Positions 9,800-20,038 are shown, counted from the stretch's first letter. The stretch is DNA of 64,000 nt from Planctomycetota bacterium (GCA_947501605.1 CANMWZ010000006.1:90517-154516), one strand, 5' to 3'. Numbers and translations: made by a program. Notes: generated by a model not told the origin, from the sequence alone.

Positions 9800-10498
9800 T
9801 CACCAGCGGCCTGCGAGGCCCGGTTGGCCCGGATCCGCGAGCCGCGCCGGATCGACGCTCCAGCGCGAGGCCAGCGACCGGACGTCCGTCGGCAGCGGCC
9901 ACCACTTGATCGCATCCTCGGTCAGGTCGCGCGCATCCTCGACAAAGAAGCCGAGGTCGCGTTCGGCCGCGGTCATCTCGCCGAGCTCCCATAGCACCTG
10001 CTCCTCACTGCCATCGAAGCTGAAGGCGCGTTGCATCTCGCCGCGCCGCGCAAACGCCCAGCCCATGCAATCACGGTCCGCATCGACCAGGAACCAGAAC
10101 GCCTCGCCGTGGGCCTCGGACAGCCGCCGCAGCGCCGTTTCGACCTGCGGCAGGTCCCCGCGATGCCACGCGTCGATGCCGATGGCCATGACGAAGGCCG
10201 CGCCCGCCGGCGCCACGAACAGGCCCGTTTTGGCCGCCTGCATGCCCTCCGCGAACGGGACCGGGCGAGCGGTTCGTAGGCCGAGCACGCGCGCGACATC
10301 GCGGACGTCCGTCGTGCGCACAGCGAACCAGACAGTTGTCCGCGCCGACGCCGCAGCGATGGTCGCCGCCGCCTCCGCCTCGTCGAGCCCGGAGGCCACT
10401 CGATCCTGATGCACGCGGTGCCGGCGCATGATCTCCGCCCATCGCATCAACCCGAACACGGTGAAGACCACCACCGCGACCACGACCGCGATACCCAT
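9800..10498 (-). CDS. Hypothetical protein with N-terminal membrane anchor
   Basis: Hydrophobic N-terminus (MGIAVVVAVVVFTVFGLM) followed by a globular-looking domain (WFAVRT..GWAFARRG..RAF). Starts 1 nt after the upstream stop. Confidence 0.6.
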   Translation of the reverse strand: MGIAVVVAVVVFTVFGLMRWAEIMRRHRVHQDRVASGLDEAEAAATIAAASARTTVWFAVRTTDVRDVARVLGLRTARPVPFAEGMQAAKTGLFVAPAGAAFVMAIGIDAWHRGDLPQVETALRRLSEAHGEAFWFLVDADRDCMGWAFARRGEMQRAFSFDGSEEQVLWELGEMTAAERDLGFFVEDARDLTEDAIKWWPLPTDVRSLASRWSVDPARLADPGQPGLAGRW

Positions 10499-10499
10499 G

Positions 10500-10907
10500 T
10501 CAGGTCCCCCCGTCACGGCGCAGCACGTCGAGCTTCGGAAGGTCCCACTTGGCGCGTTCGCTATCGGTCGTCGAGGAGTCGCAGGGCAGCGCCGCGCCGT
10601 CCGCCGCCCGCAGCGTGCCGAACTTCTGCAACTGCCCGCGCAGAACGCGGAGCTTGTCGTAGCTCCGCGCCGCCAACGCGCGGGCCGGCCGGTGGCCAGC
10701 CATGGCCACGCTGGCAAGATCGTGCGCCGCTTGCACCGACGGCAAATCGGCGGCGCGCAGCAGGACTACCGCGGCCCAAAACTGGGCGACGGATCCCTGC
10801 ACCATCCCCTGCGCGCAGAGCGAACGTACGCGCACAATCGCAGCCTCGTCGGCAACATCGCCCGTCGTGGCTGCCAACGCCTGTAGTTCGGCTTCGAGTT
10901 CGTCCAT
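10500..10907 (-). CDS. Hypothetical alpha-helical protein (ARSYDKL..GQLQKFGT motif, possibly DUF6624-like)
   Basis: Typical codon usage, fills the gap between genes. The family resemblance is from memory only. Confidence 0.55.
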   Translation of the reverse strand: MDELEAELQALAATTGDVADEAAIVRVRSLCAQGMVQGSVAQFWAAVVLLRAADLPSVQAAHDLASVAMAGHRPARALAARSYDKLRVLRGQLQKFGTLRAADGAALPCDSSTTDSERAKWDLPKLDVLRRDGGT

Positions 10908-11065
10908 TGCGCGCGAGCATGGTAGCAACCGTTCGCGGAAGATCGCACGACACACGAACCCAGCCGATTCCACGCGCGCGCAGGTGCCCTCTTTCGCGAG
11001 CCCCCGTCGCTGGGGCATTGTTCTCGAGTTGCATCGCGCCCCCGCCAACCGGCGCTGCCTTCCAC

Positions 11066-11974
11066 GTGATCCCGACCCGAGTGTTTCTCGTCCTCGCTGC
11101 ACTGCTGCTGCTACCGGCGGCGACATGCGGCTCCCCATACGTCATGCCACCGTGCTCACAGCGCACGGTCACGCACGCAATCACGATCCCGCCAGGGGCG
11201 CGGCGTCTTGAAGTGCAGTTCCACGACGGGCTGTTGGCAATCGAGGAGGGTGAAGAACCGAGTTGCACCCTAGAGGTGCATCTGCAAGCGGACGATGCCG
11301 TCCAACTCGCCGAGTTCGAACTCGCGGTCGCGCCCGTAGTCGCGTTTCGCGATGCGGATGCGACGGCGTCGTTGCACGTAGCACTCCCGCCGGGCGCCGA
11401 CCTCGATGCCGTCCGCACGACTTGGCGCCTGCGCGTGCCAGCGCGCCTTGCCGTTGCGATCACCACACGCCGCGGCGGTGTCGTGGCGCGCGGCACCCAC
11501 TGTGACCTCGAGGTGCGGGGCGGCAGTGGCGTGGTGGAAGCCGACTTGGCTGGTGGCAAGGCACGACTGTCGACGACTTCGGGCAGCCTGATACTGCGCG
11601 GCAACTACGCCGATGCAGTCGTGCACAGCAACCTCGGCCGCATCGACCTCGGTCTGCCGCCGGATGGCCCGACCCCCGTGGAGCTGCGGGCCGCTAGCCA
11701 AAAGGGCGACCTCTACATCGACATCCGCAAGGACCAAGTCTGGGACGTCTACTTCCTGGGCGAGACCCACTTGATGCGCTGCGACCCGGAAGTCCGCGCT
11801 GAGTGGCTGGAGAACGTGGAAATCGACAGTCTCGACTACAGCAAAGGCCGGGCTGGGAACCTGCAGGGCAACCCATGCGGCAGTTTGTGGCTCCAGGCGA
11901 CCACGCCCGTGTACGTCCGCTTGCTGCCAGAGCGCCCGTTTGCTGCAACCAGCACCGGCGCTCTGCCGCGCTGA
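11066..11974 (+). CDS. Putative exported/lipoprotein with beta-strand repeats (DUF4097/adhesin-like)
   Basis: Signal-like VFLVLAALLLLPAATC. LRVPARLAVAITTRRGGV followed by repeated (S/T)-x-x-G-x-I/V units typical of DUF4097. Confidence 0.6.
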   Translation: MIPTRVFLVLAALLLLPAATCGSPYVMPPCSQRTVTHAITIPPGARRLEVQFHDGLLAIEEGEEPSCTLEVHLQADDAVQLAEFELAVAPVVAFRDADATASLHVALPPGADLDAVRTTWRLRVPARLAVAITTRRGGVVARGTHCDLEVRGGSGVVEADLAGGKARLSTTSGSLILRGNYADAVVHSNLGRIDLGLPPDGPTPVELRAASQKGDLYIDIRKDQVWDVYFLGETHLMRCDPEVRAEWLENVEIDSLDYSKGRAGNLQGNPCGSLWLQATTPVYVRLLPERPFAATSTGALPR

Positions 11975-12005
11975 TAGAACGGGCGAGACGGCGTTCGCTC
12001 GCGAC

Positions 12006-13544
12006 TCAGTTCTTCAGCAACGGCGTCACCATCGCGCCGAGTTTGCGCGCGATGCCGATGGCCGCATCCGTCGCTTCGATTTCGAGGAACGGCAGCCCGC
12101 CGTCGCGCGCCGCCAGGACTTCTGCCAACAGGTCCGCCGGCAGGCCGTCGTCGGCAACGAGCACCAGCGCGCTGCCGAGCTCGTCGCACAGGCGCCGCAA
12201 AGCCGCGATCGCTTCGCGCAGTTGTTGCGGCGACGACCGCGGCTTGCCAGTCACCGCATCGAGCGCGGCCTCGTCGCGCGGCACACCGAACACGACGACC
12301 TTTGGCTGGAAGGGACGAAAGAACCGATCCAGCATCCGTAGCTGCTGACCTGACCACCCATCGACCGTCGGCAGCGACACGACTTCAGGCGGCGGGACGC
12401 CCTTGTTGGTTGCGCGCAGCTCGCCGGTGAGCAGCGGCTCGATGTGCTGGTCCGGCGAACCGCCGCGCCCCCACAAGAGCTGCCCGCCGAGGAGGAAGAC
12501 ACGCGGGACGTCCCGTTCCAGGGTGTGGATCGCGCGCGGTCCGCGAATGCGGGCGGCCAGCGTCTCGGTGATCGTCTCGCGCGCCATCGGTCCGAAAACG
12601 GCGTCGAGCTCCTGCGTTGGCACCACGCGTTCTTGCAGCCCGCGACCTGCGATTGCGAGCACGCCCGATGTGAGCAGGAAGCCGATCACGATGCACAGCC
12701 GCCGTGCGCGGCCACCGGCGAGGATTGCCAACGCGAGCGGCAAGCCGGCCAGTGCGGCGATCTGTTCCAGGATCAACTCGGGTTGCTGCAGCGGCAGCAG
12801 TGCGGAACCGGCCACCATCGCAAATGCGAGCGGCGCGGCGGTCAACGCGGCAGCAGAGCACAGCGCCATCGTCGGGCCAGACCGCCGCAGGATCGCAAGG
12901 GCGCTCAGCACGAGGCTTGAAGCTAGAGCCAGCAGCCAAGGTGACCACTGTCCCCCACGACTCTGCGGCACCACCGACATCGAGTTGATCGCGGCCGTTC
13001 CGCCGCGCGCAATCACCGCCAGGCTGCCGTGGTCGTCCTCGGCTGTGAACGGCGGCAGGTGCTTGCCCGCCACGCTTGCCGTGAGGACACGACCGCGCGC
13101 TTGCAGTTGAATCGTAGCCGGGATGCCGGCACCGAGCCGCACTCCGCCAACCTCCCCGAATAGCGCACTGGTCGGTGTATGCCACGCATCGCCGCCTGTC
13201 GTTGTAGACAGTCGGAGCGCTGCAAATCGACTGTGGCCGGGCAACGACACGCCCTGCAGATAGCGCGGCTCGACGCGCCGCAAGACGAGATCGACCTCGG
13301 CGCCTTCGCCCAGCTCGACATCCGCCAGCAGGTCGAAGTCCTCGCGCAACATCGGCAGCTCGAGCCACAGCGGCGGAGTCACCAACATCGGGTCGCCCGG
13401 CTTCCGTTGCAGGCGGAAGACCTCACTGTGGATGCCGAGCTCGCCGAACTTGGGCTCGGGACGACGGCAGCTGGTGGCGAAGAGTCCGGCGGCGAAACCG
13501 GCAAGCGAGAGGATCGCAATCGCAGCGAGGTCTGTAGTGCGCAT
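12006..13544 (-). CDS. Membrane protein: N-terminal beta-rich domain, 3-4 TM helices, C-terminal SGNH-like domain
   Basis: Hydrophobic N-terminus ending ATSC; central TM cluster; RVFLLGGQLLWG..EVVSLPTVDGWSGQQ..PKVVVF resembles SGNH blocks but lacks GDS. Confidence 0.5.
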   Translation of the reverse strand: MRTTDLAAIAILSLAGFAAGLFATSCRRPEPKFGELGIHSEVFRLQRKPGDPMLVTPPLWLELPMLREDFDLLADVELGEGAEVDLVLRRVEPRYLQGVSLPGHSRFAALRLSTTTGGDAWHTPTSALFGEVGGVRLGAGIPATIQLQARGRVLTASVAGKHLPPFTAEDDHGSLAVIARGGTAAINSMSVVPQSRGGQWSPWLLALASSLVLSALAILRRSGPTMALCSAAALTAAPLAFAMVAGSALLPLQQPELILEQIAALAGLPLALAILAGGRARRLCIVIGFLLTSGVLAIAGRGLQERVVPTQELDAVFGPMARETITETLAARIRGPRAIHTLERDVPRVFLLGGQLLWGRGGSPDQHIEPLLTGELRATNKGVPPPEVVSLPTVDGWSGQQLRMLDRFFRPFQPKVVVFGVPRDEAALDAVTGKPRSSPQQLREAIAALRRLCDELGSALVLVADDGLPADLLAEVLAARDGGLPFLEIEATDAAIGIARKLGAMVTPLLKN

Positions 13545-13588
13545 GAGCAGCGAGCCGGGGATGGTAGCGGGGACGACACGGCACGCTC

Positions 13589-14740
13589 GTGTTTCGCTGC
13601 AGCTTCGACGCTACGTTCTTAAGTGTGTCGTCGTTGGAGCTAGCAACCGAACTCGCCGTCCTGCCGCACACGATCGCCGCCCGCGTGCGCATCGTGATCG
13701 AGCACGGTCGCATCGCGACCATCGACACCGAGAGACCATCGCCCAATGCCCGCTTCGTCGCTGGCACCCTGTTGCCGGGCTTGGTCGACCTGCAGGTGAA
13801 TGGCGGCGGCGGTAGTAGCTGCGCTGAAGCCACGCCCGCGGCCCTCGCGACAGTCGCGCGTGCCGTCCTCGACGGCGGCGCGGTCGCGTTCTTGCCAACG
13901 CTGATCACGACGCCGTGGGATCAGTTGCTGGCGCAGGTCGCCGCGACCGCATCGTGGATCGAGTCGCAGCCCGACGCCGGCGCAACGCCGCTCGGCATGC
14001 ACGTGGAAGGTCCGTTCCTGGAAGTAGCGGGCGCCCACGACCGGACGGCGCTCCTTGAGCCGTCGCTGCCGCGCATCGAGGCCCTGCTGCAGGCCGCCCG
14101 CGGACACCTACGCTTACTGACGCTCGCGAGCAGTCGACCCGGCGCCGCGGCCGCCGTCGCGCGGTTGCGACAGGCCGGTGTGACGGTAGCCCTCGGTCAC
14201 GTCGCACAAACCGACGGCTTTGCCGCCTGCGTCGACGCCGGCGCGGCAATGGCCACGCACCTGTTCAACGCGATGGGCCCACTGCATCACCGGCAACCCG
14301 GAATCGCCGGCCTCAGTCTCGACGAAGATCGCCTCGCATGCGGCCTGATCGCCGATGGCGTTCATGTGCACCCAGCGATGCTCCGTAACGCCTACCGCGT
14401 ACTCGGACCAGACCGCACCGTACTCGTGAGTGACTCCACGGCAGCGATGGGCATGCCGGACGGCATCTACCAACTCGCCAACGAGAGTGTTCAGAGCAGC
14501 GATGGAGTCGTTCGCGACCGGAACGGCAACCTCGCCGGCTCAGCGCTGACCATGGCGCGAGCGGCCCAGAACTTTCTGCTGATGGTGCCAATGGCCGGCA
14601 GCTTTGCCCTCGCCCGCGCGGCCGCCACCAACCCGGCTGCGCTCGTCGGCGCCAACGAGTTCGGTGCGATTGCCGTCGGCAAGCGCGCGGCCTTCGCCGT
14701 TCTCGCCGACGACGGCAGCGTGCGCGCCCTGCGCTGCTGA
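13589..14740 (+). CDS. nagA: N-acetylglucosamine-6-phosphate deacetylase
   Basis: PGLVDLQVNG, FLPTLIT, HVEGPF, GAH, THLFNAM, IADGVHVHP, LAGSALTM. The true start is probably 10-15 codons downstream. Confidence 0.92.
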   Translation: MFRCSFDATFLSVSSLELATELAVLPHTIAARVRIVIEHGRIATIDTERPSPNARFVAGTLLPGLVDLQVNGGGGSSCAEATPAALATVARAVLDGGAVAFLPTLITTPWDQLLAQVAATASWIESQPDAGATPLGMHVEGPFLEVAGAHDRTALLEPSLPRIEALLQAARGHLRLLTLASSRPGAAAAVARLRQAGVTVALGHVAQTDGFAACVDAGAAMATHLFNAMGPLHHRQPGIAGLSLDEDRLACGLIADGVHVHPAMLRNAYRVLGPDRTVLVSDSTAAMGMPDGIYQLANESVQSSDGVVRDRNGNLAGSALTMARAAQNFLLMVPMAGSFALARAAATNPAALVGANEFGAIAVGKRAAFAVLADDGSVRALRC

Positions 14741-15085
14741 GCCCGCCGCTGCTGGACTGCGGCACACCGCATCGTCTGGCTGTCGGCCCGCAGACCCTTC
14801 TGTCCGAATCCGAGGCCATGGCGCTGGCCGCGCGCCAAGGTCCAGGACCCTCAGTGGACGTGGTTTCCCGATTGGCCTGCGGGCGAAGCCGAGCACCGAA
14901 AGTCGAGCGCAGAGGGCGGACTCGTCGCGCAGCCCCTAGCTGCCGCGGCGAGTTCGCGGCGCGGCCATCGGCCACGTGCCGGCCGCAGCCGCTGGCGCTT
15001 TCTGAAACCACTTCTATGCTCCGGGACCTATATCCCGTCCGTTCCTCCGGCACCGAAGCTCGCCACCTCACCCGGCGAGATCACG

Positions 15086-16870
15086 ATGCAAACGACTCTA
15101 TCGGCGCTGCTCACCGCAGCCATTCTCAGCAGCTTCGTTTCGGCTCAGTGCTCGACGCTGGCAAACACGCCATCGGGAACCAATCTGCTGCTCGGCGACG
15201 ACGCCGTCCGCACGGTCGGCCTTGGCTTCTCCTTTCCCTTCGCCGGTTCGCAGTACACCACCGTCTCGGTTTGCTCCAACGGCTACGTCTGGCTCGGCGA
15301 CGTCGCGGCCACCGCGTTCGGCGGCCTCGGCGCTGACTACTTCGACAACGAAGTCGACTTCCGGACCCTCGGCCCTCGCATCGCACTGTGTTGGGACGAC
15401 TGGAACCCGGCAGGCGGTGGCGCCGTGACGTTCGTCGGCAACGGTGCGCAGGCATCGATCGTCTGGAAGTCGGTGCCGCGGTTCGGCAACGTGGCGGTCC
15501 AGGCCAACATGGAGCTGGTGCTCCAGAGCACCGGGACAATCTTCCTCCGCTACGGCGCGACGATGTCAACGCCGGTGATGACCAGCATCGTCGGCATCAG
15601 TGGAGGTCAGGGCGCGCCCGCGAGTGCCCTTGACTGGAGCACTGTGTTGCCCGCGACGATCAACGCCGGAACGGGCTACGAGACCTTCCTCGGCAACGGC
15701 TTCGACTTGGCCAACTCGACGATTCAGCTGCAGCCACTGACGTCTGCTGCAAACTCGCATTCGGGTGCGTTCGCGTCGATGTCGACGTGCACCACAACTT
15801 CGTACCCGCAACTGGCGGGGGATCCCCTGCCCTACGGTGCTGGGTGCCCGACGCAGTCGATCTCGGCTCCGAGCGCGATCTACGAGTTGTTCACGCCGAC
15901 TGGCGGCGCCAACCCGACCGACCTGTCGTTGCGCAGCATCCAGTTCACTCGCGCCGGCAACGTCTACACCACGCAGCAAGGCCCAGGCCTCGACACCAGC
16001 TACCTCGTATTGGGTACGGCGGTGCCGATGAGTGACGAAGTCATGGTTCGGAACCTCACGGCTGGCCCGATGGGTTCGTTCCCGTTCGGTTCCCTAGCGG
16101 TGACCAGCTTCGGCGCCAGCGACAACGGCTACCTCGATCTGCAGGGCAACATCGCCTCCGAGTTCCAGCCGCTCGTCAACGACATGCTCGGTGTCAACGG
16201 CGAAGGCGCACGCATCGCGCCGCATTGGAGCGACTACGACCTGTCGGCGGCGGGCGCCTTCTACTGGTCGAACAACGACCCATCCTTCTGCATGGCGACG
16301 TGGGATGGCGTCCCTGGCTACTCGCAGCCCGGCACATCGAGCACCTTCCAGGCCAAGATGTTTGCCAACGGTGACATTGTCTTCAGCTATGGCTCGGTGT
16401 CTTCGCTGTTCGACGACGTCATCGCCGGCATCTCGATGGGTAACAACGCCGTCGATCCCAGGCCCACGGACCTCAGCCAAGCGATCGTCGCGGCCGTCGT
16501 TCGGAACCTCGGCAATCTGACGTTGCCGCTGTCGCATCGAGCGCTCGGTCGCCCGTCGATCAACACGACGTTCACGCTGACGGCAACCAATGTCCCACCG
16601 GGCGGAACCCTGGGACTGTTCGTTCTCAGCGGCGTGCAAGCGAACAGCCCAATCTCGCCGAGCGCTCCAGGCTGCACCATCTACGTCGGCCTCGACGACA
16701 CCTACGTGGCGGTGCTGAACGGAACCTCCACCTTCGAGCAGCCGCTGGCGATCCCGCCCGTGCCGGCCTTCGTGGGCGTCACCATCTACACGCAGGCAGC
16801 CGTGTTCGCGCCCGCAAACCCGTTCGGCGTGGTCAGCAGCAACGGCTTGGCGTGGACCATCGGGCTGTAG
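15086..16870 (+). CDS. Secreted protein with two nidogen(NIDO)-like repeats and a C-terminal beta domain
   Basis: Signal peptide ending VSA-Q. Repeat 1: LGFSFPFAG..VCSNGY..PRIALCWDD. Repeat 2: GSFPFG..ASDNGY..ARIAPHWSD. C-terminal segment GRPSIN..SNGLAWTIGL. Confidence 0.7.
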   Translation: MQTTLSALLTAAILSSFVSAQCSTLANTPSGTNLLLGDDAVRTVGLGFSFPFAGSQYTTVSVCSNGYVWLGDVAATAFGGLGADYFDNEVDFRTLGPRIALCWDDWNPAGGGAVTFVGNGAQASIVWKSVPRFGNVAVQANMELVLQSTGTIFLRYGATMSTPVMTSIVGISGGQGAPASALDWSTVLPATINAGTGYETFLGNGFDLANSTIQLQPLTSAANSHSGAFASMSTCTTTSYPQLAGDPLPYGAGCPTQSISAPSAIYELFTPTGGANPTDLSLRSIQFTRAGNVYTTQQGPGLDTSYLVLGTAVPMSDEVMVRNLTAGPMGSFPFGSLAVTSFGASDNGYLDLQGNIASEFQPLVNDMLGVNGEGARIAPHWSDYDLSAAGAFYWSNNDPSFCMATWDGVPGYSQPGTSSTFQAKMFANGDIVFSYGSVSSLFDDVIAGISMGNNAVDPRPTDLSQAIVAAVVRNLGNLTLPLSHRALGRPSINTTFTLTATNVPPGGTLGLFVLSGVQANSPISPSAPGCTIYVGLDDTYVAVLNGTSTFEQPLAIPPVPAFVGVTIYTQAAVFAPANPFGVVSSNGLAWTIGL

Positions 16871-16918
16871 CCCGTCAGCAACTCGGGCTGTAGCCCGTCC
16901 GCAACGGCTGTGAGCCCG
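16861..16918. repeat. Three tandem copies of a short palindrome (cgggctgtagcccg), REP-like
   Basis: cgggctgtagcccg at 16861-16874 and 16884-16897, degenerate cggctgtgagcccg at 16905-16918. Lies between convergent genes. Confidence 0.7.
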
Positions 16919-16971
16919 CGCCATACTCGGGCCCGCTGAAGCTCTGGCCCGCTGCGTCGACAGACGCACGG

Positions 16972-18534
16972 TCAGCGCGCGGCGACAGCGACTGCGACAT
17001 CGACCAGCCCGCCGGTCAGATGCGCGACCTCGCGTTCGAGCAAACTGGCTGCCGCGTCGAACACACCGTCAATCGCAGTGCCGCGCTCCATCACGAACAG
17101 GTCGTGAGCTCGGCGCAGACATTCTCGTCGCATGCACGGCCCCTGGAGGTGGACCAATCGCCGCAGCATCAAGTCCGAGAACGTGACTGCCGCCAATTCG
17201 CGCAGCGCATAGATGGCCTCGACCGCAAGCAACGGCCGATGGGCACAGAGAGGTTCGAGCCAGTGCGGCTCACGACGGGCCAGTTCGCGCAACTGCGGCG
17301 CACGACTGCCGTGCCTCCACCACAGTGGGTCGCGAACATCGCGGGCGCCGTCGCCACCGGGAAGCGCCGTCGTGCGTGTCGGCGAGTCGTCGCCGCGAAT
17401 GCCGAAGATCTGCGCGATCGAGCGCTCGGCGAATGCGCGGTGGGTCGTCAACTTGCCGCCAACTGCGGTGTGAAGTTCGCCGCTGGTGACCGACTCACGC
17501 ACCAGGAAAGCCTCGCGATTGAGCGCGCCAGCGGGGCCTCTGCCGGCTGGGAGCGACCGCCATCCGCAGTAGGCAAAGCGCACATCGCCAACGGTCGGCG
17601 CGGGATCGAGCAGGTAGCCGAGAGCCTCGAGGAGATAGCGCAGATCGGCTTCGGGCACCGTCGGGTCGGCTTCGGTCACATCTTCGTCGATGTCGGTCGT
17701 ACCGGTGACGGTCCCGTCTTGGTGCGGCACGACGAACTGGATCCGGCGATCGGGCAGAAACGCGGCCAACGAGGTCTCGCCTGGACGCGCGTCGAGGATC
17801 AGGTGGCTGCCTCGACTCGTGCGCACGAGGTTGCTGCCCTCGAGCGCAAACAAGCGTCGCACTGCGTCGGCGCGTGGGCCGCCGGCGTTGACCACGTGCT
17901 TGCTACGCACGACGACTTCGGCGCCCGTCACGCCGTCGCGCAACTGCAACGCCCCGTCGGGTGTGGCACCGAGCAACTCGCAATGGTTGCTGACGCGAGC
18001 ACCGGCCTCGACAGCGGCCACGACGTTGGCCAGCGTCAATCGAGCGTCGCTGGTAGCGGCGTCGTAGTACTGGACCGCGCCGCGCAGGCCCCGCGAGCGC
18101 AGGCCAGGAAACGCCGCCAACGCCTGTTTGCCACTCATACGTCGCGGACTTGGCATCGTGCTGCGGCCGCTGAGCCAGGAGTAGGCATGAACGCCCAGCC
18201 AAGCCAGGAATCTCGAGCCACCGCTGTCGGGATAGAACGGCAACAGCACCGGCAACGGCCGTACGAGATGCGGTGCGAGCCGCAACAGCCGTTCGCGCTC
18301 ATGCAGCGCCTCTCGGACCAAGCTGAAATGGGCCTGTTGCAGGTAGCGCAAACCGCCGTGCACGAGCCGTGAACTGCGCGAACTCGTGCCGATGGCGAAG
18401 TCGCGGGCCTCTACCAGCAGTGTCGACAGGCCACGCATCGCAGCCTCGCGCGCGATCGCCGCGCCTTGGATTCCACCGCCGACAACCAGTAGGTCGAAGG
18501 TCTTGCCGTTCAGCTCGCGAGGATCGGTGCGCAC
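16972..18534 (-). CDS. glpD: FAD-dependent glycerol-3-phosphate dehydrogenase/oxidase
   Basis: DLLVVGGGIQG, GTSSRSSRLVHGGLRYL, DARL, NAGGP, GSHLI, GTTD, GGKLTTHR. GTG start inferred. Confidence 0.9.
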   Translation of the reverse strand: MRTDPRELNGKTFDLLVVGGGIQGAAIAREAAMRGLSTLLVEARDFAIGTSSRSSRLVHGGLRYLQQAHFSLVREALHERERLLRLAPHLVRPLPVLLPFYPDSGGSRFLAWLGVHAYSWLSGRSTMPSPRRMSGKQALAAFPGLRSRGLRGAVQYYDAATSDARLTLANVVAAVEAGARVSNHCELLGATPDGALQLRDGVTGAEVVVRSKHVVNAGGPRADAVRRLFALEGSNLVRTSRGSHLILDARPGETSLAAFLPDRRIQFVVPHQDGTVTGTTDIDEDVTEADPTVPEADLRYLLEALGYLLDPAPTVGDVRFAYCGWRSLPAGRGPAGALNREAFLVRESVTSGELHTAVGGKLTTHRAFAERSIAQIFGIRGDDSPTRTTALPGGDGARDVRDPLWWRHGSRAPQLRELARREPHWLEPLCAHRPLLAVEAIYALRELAAVTFSDLMLRRLVHLQGPCMRRECLRRAHDLFVMERGTAIDGVFDAAASLLEREVAHLTGGLVDVAVAVAAR

Positions 18535-18583
18535 GCGCGGATTGTGCCGGTTCGAGGCCGCGACTCCAATCGCGACGCTTGGT

Positions 18584-19993
18584 TCATCGCATCCGTTGCG
18601 CCAGCTTCTTCCACGTCGATGCACTGCCGCCTTGTCGCAGCTCGAGTCCGGAGCAGGCCCCGCCGTCCACTTGGAATGCGACCGTAGCCTGCACTTGCCG
18701 GTAGAAGAACTCGGTCTCGGAGCGCGCGAACAGACGCAGCGACGGTTGCCCCGAGATCTGCGCATAGAGCCCGCGCTCGCGCACTGTGACCGCCATCGCA
18801 ACTCCGTCTTTCACCTCATAGACGCCGACATAGCGCTGCAGAGTCTCGCGATCGACCGCAACGGGCCGTTCGAGCTTCAGCGGCTTCGGCTCGCCACCGC
18901 CGAGCAGCATCAACACGCGTTCGCCTAGTGCGTCGACGGTCGCAGTCGCGGTGTTGCAGAGGATGCAGATGGCGCGAGCCTTGCCCGGTTGCACTGCGAG
19001 ATAGCTGTGGAAGCCCCCGGTTTCGCCGTTGTGCCAGAGCACTGCGCCACCCCGCGCAAGGTGCCAGCCGAGGGCGATCCCAGCACCTCCGGGCAGCTCC
19101 TTTTGCTTCTCGTGCGAACGCGCGATCGACTTGGCAAGGCCCGCATCGGCCGGCGTCGAGCACTGCGCGCTCGCGAAGGCGAGCATGTCGCGCATGGTCG
19201 AACGGATCCCGCCGGCGCCAGCAAGTGCGGCGAGGTCCCATTCGTGATCGGACGCTAGGTCGGCGGCGAAGGGCGGTGCAAACCGCTCGCGCAGCACGGG
19301 CGTCAACTCCACCACCGTATCTGCCATCGACAGCGGCCCGGTGACGCGTTGCGCCAACAGCGCCTCAAACGAAGCAACACCAGCTCGATCGACCAGGAGC
19401 TGGCCGAGCAAGCCGGCAGCGAGATTGCTGTACTCGTAGGTGCTGCCGGGCTCGTTGCGCAACAGCGACTTGGACGCTGCGGCGTAGACCGCGACCCGAT
19501 CCATGTGTGCGTACGGGTTCTGCGGATCCGGCGACTCGCCATCAGGCAGACGCGGCAAGCCGGAGACGTGCGCCGACAGATGCCAAAGCAGCACTTCGTT
19601 GACCTCGGTTCGCGGCAGGGTGATGCCCGCGGGCAGCCACTTCTGCACCCGGTCGTCCGCCGCGACTTCGCCGCGCGTGATCGCATCGGCAAGCAAGAGG
19701 CCCGTGAACACCTTGCTGATGGAACCGATCTCGTAGACCGTCGCGGCGTCGGGAGCGCGGTCGCTGCTTGGGTCGACGCGACCGTAGCCGCGAACCAGGG
19801 ATGCGTCACCGTCGACGATGCCGACAACGAACCCCACCGCCACTTCGGCGTCGACGAGCGGCTGGCACAGCACATCGAGGCGGGCGGCAAACTGAGCCGC
19901 TAGTACGCCGGCACTCGTCGATCCCTGCTGAGGATCTTGGGCGACGATGATCGAGAATGAACTCAGCCAGAACGCCAACGTGGACCTGCGCAT
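18584..19993 (-). CDS. Serine hydrolase (beta-lactamase/AmpC-like) with C-terminal DUF3471-like domain, exported
   Basis: Signal peptide; SxxK (GSISK), YSN and HNG motifs; C-terminal LQRYVGVY domain. Confidence 0.88.
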   Translation of the reverse strand: MRRSTLAFWLSSFSIIVAQDPQQGSTSAGVLAAQFAARLDVLCQPLVDAEVAVGFVVGIVDGDASLVRGYGRVDPSSDRAPDAATVYEIGSISKVFTGLLLADAITRGEVAADDRVQKWLPAGITLPRTEVNEVLLWHLSAHVSGLPRLPDGESPDPQNPYAHMDRVAVYAAASKSLLRNEPGSTYEYSNLAAGLLGQLLVDRAGVASFEALLAQRVTGPLSMADTVVELTPVLRERFAPPFAADLASDHEWDLAALAGAGGIRSTMRDMLAFASAQCSTPADAGLAKSIARSHEKQKELPGGAGIALGWHLARGGAVLWHNGETGGFHSYLAVQPGKARAICILCNTATATVDALGERVLMLLGGGEPKPLKLERPVAVDRETLQRYVGVYEVKDGVAMAVTVRERGLYAQISGQPSLRLFARSETEFFYRQVQATVAFQVDGGACSGLELRQGGSASTWKKLAQRMR

Positions 19994-20038
19994 GCATCGA
20001 TCGTGCCCGAAGTTCGGGACGCGGTCACGCACGCCTTG

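Noticed and set aside
16861-16918. Short palindromic repeats as a possible CRISPR array (also considered for 58682-58735)
   Set aside because: Units are too short, spacers are tiny or absent and not unique, and there are no cas genes.
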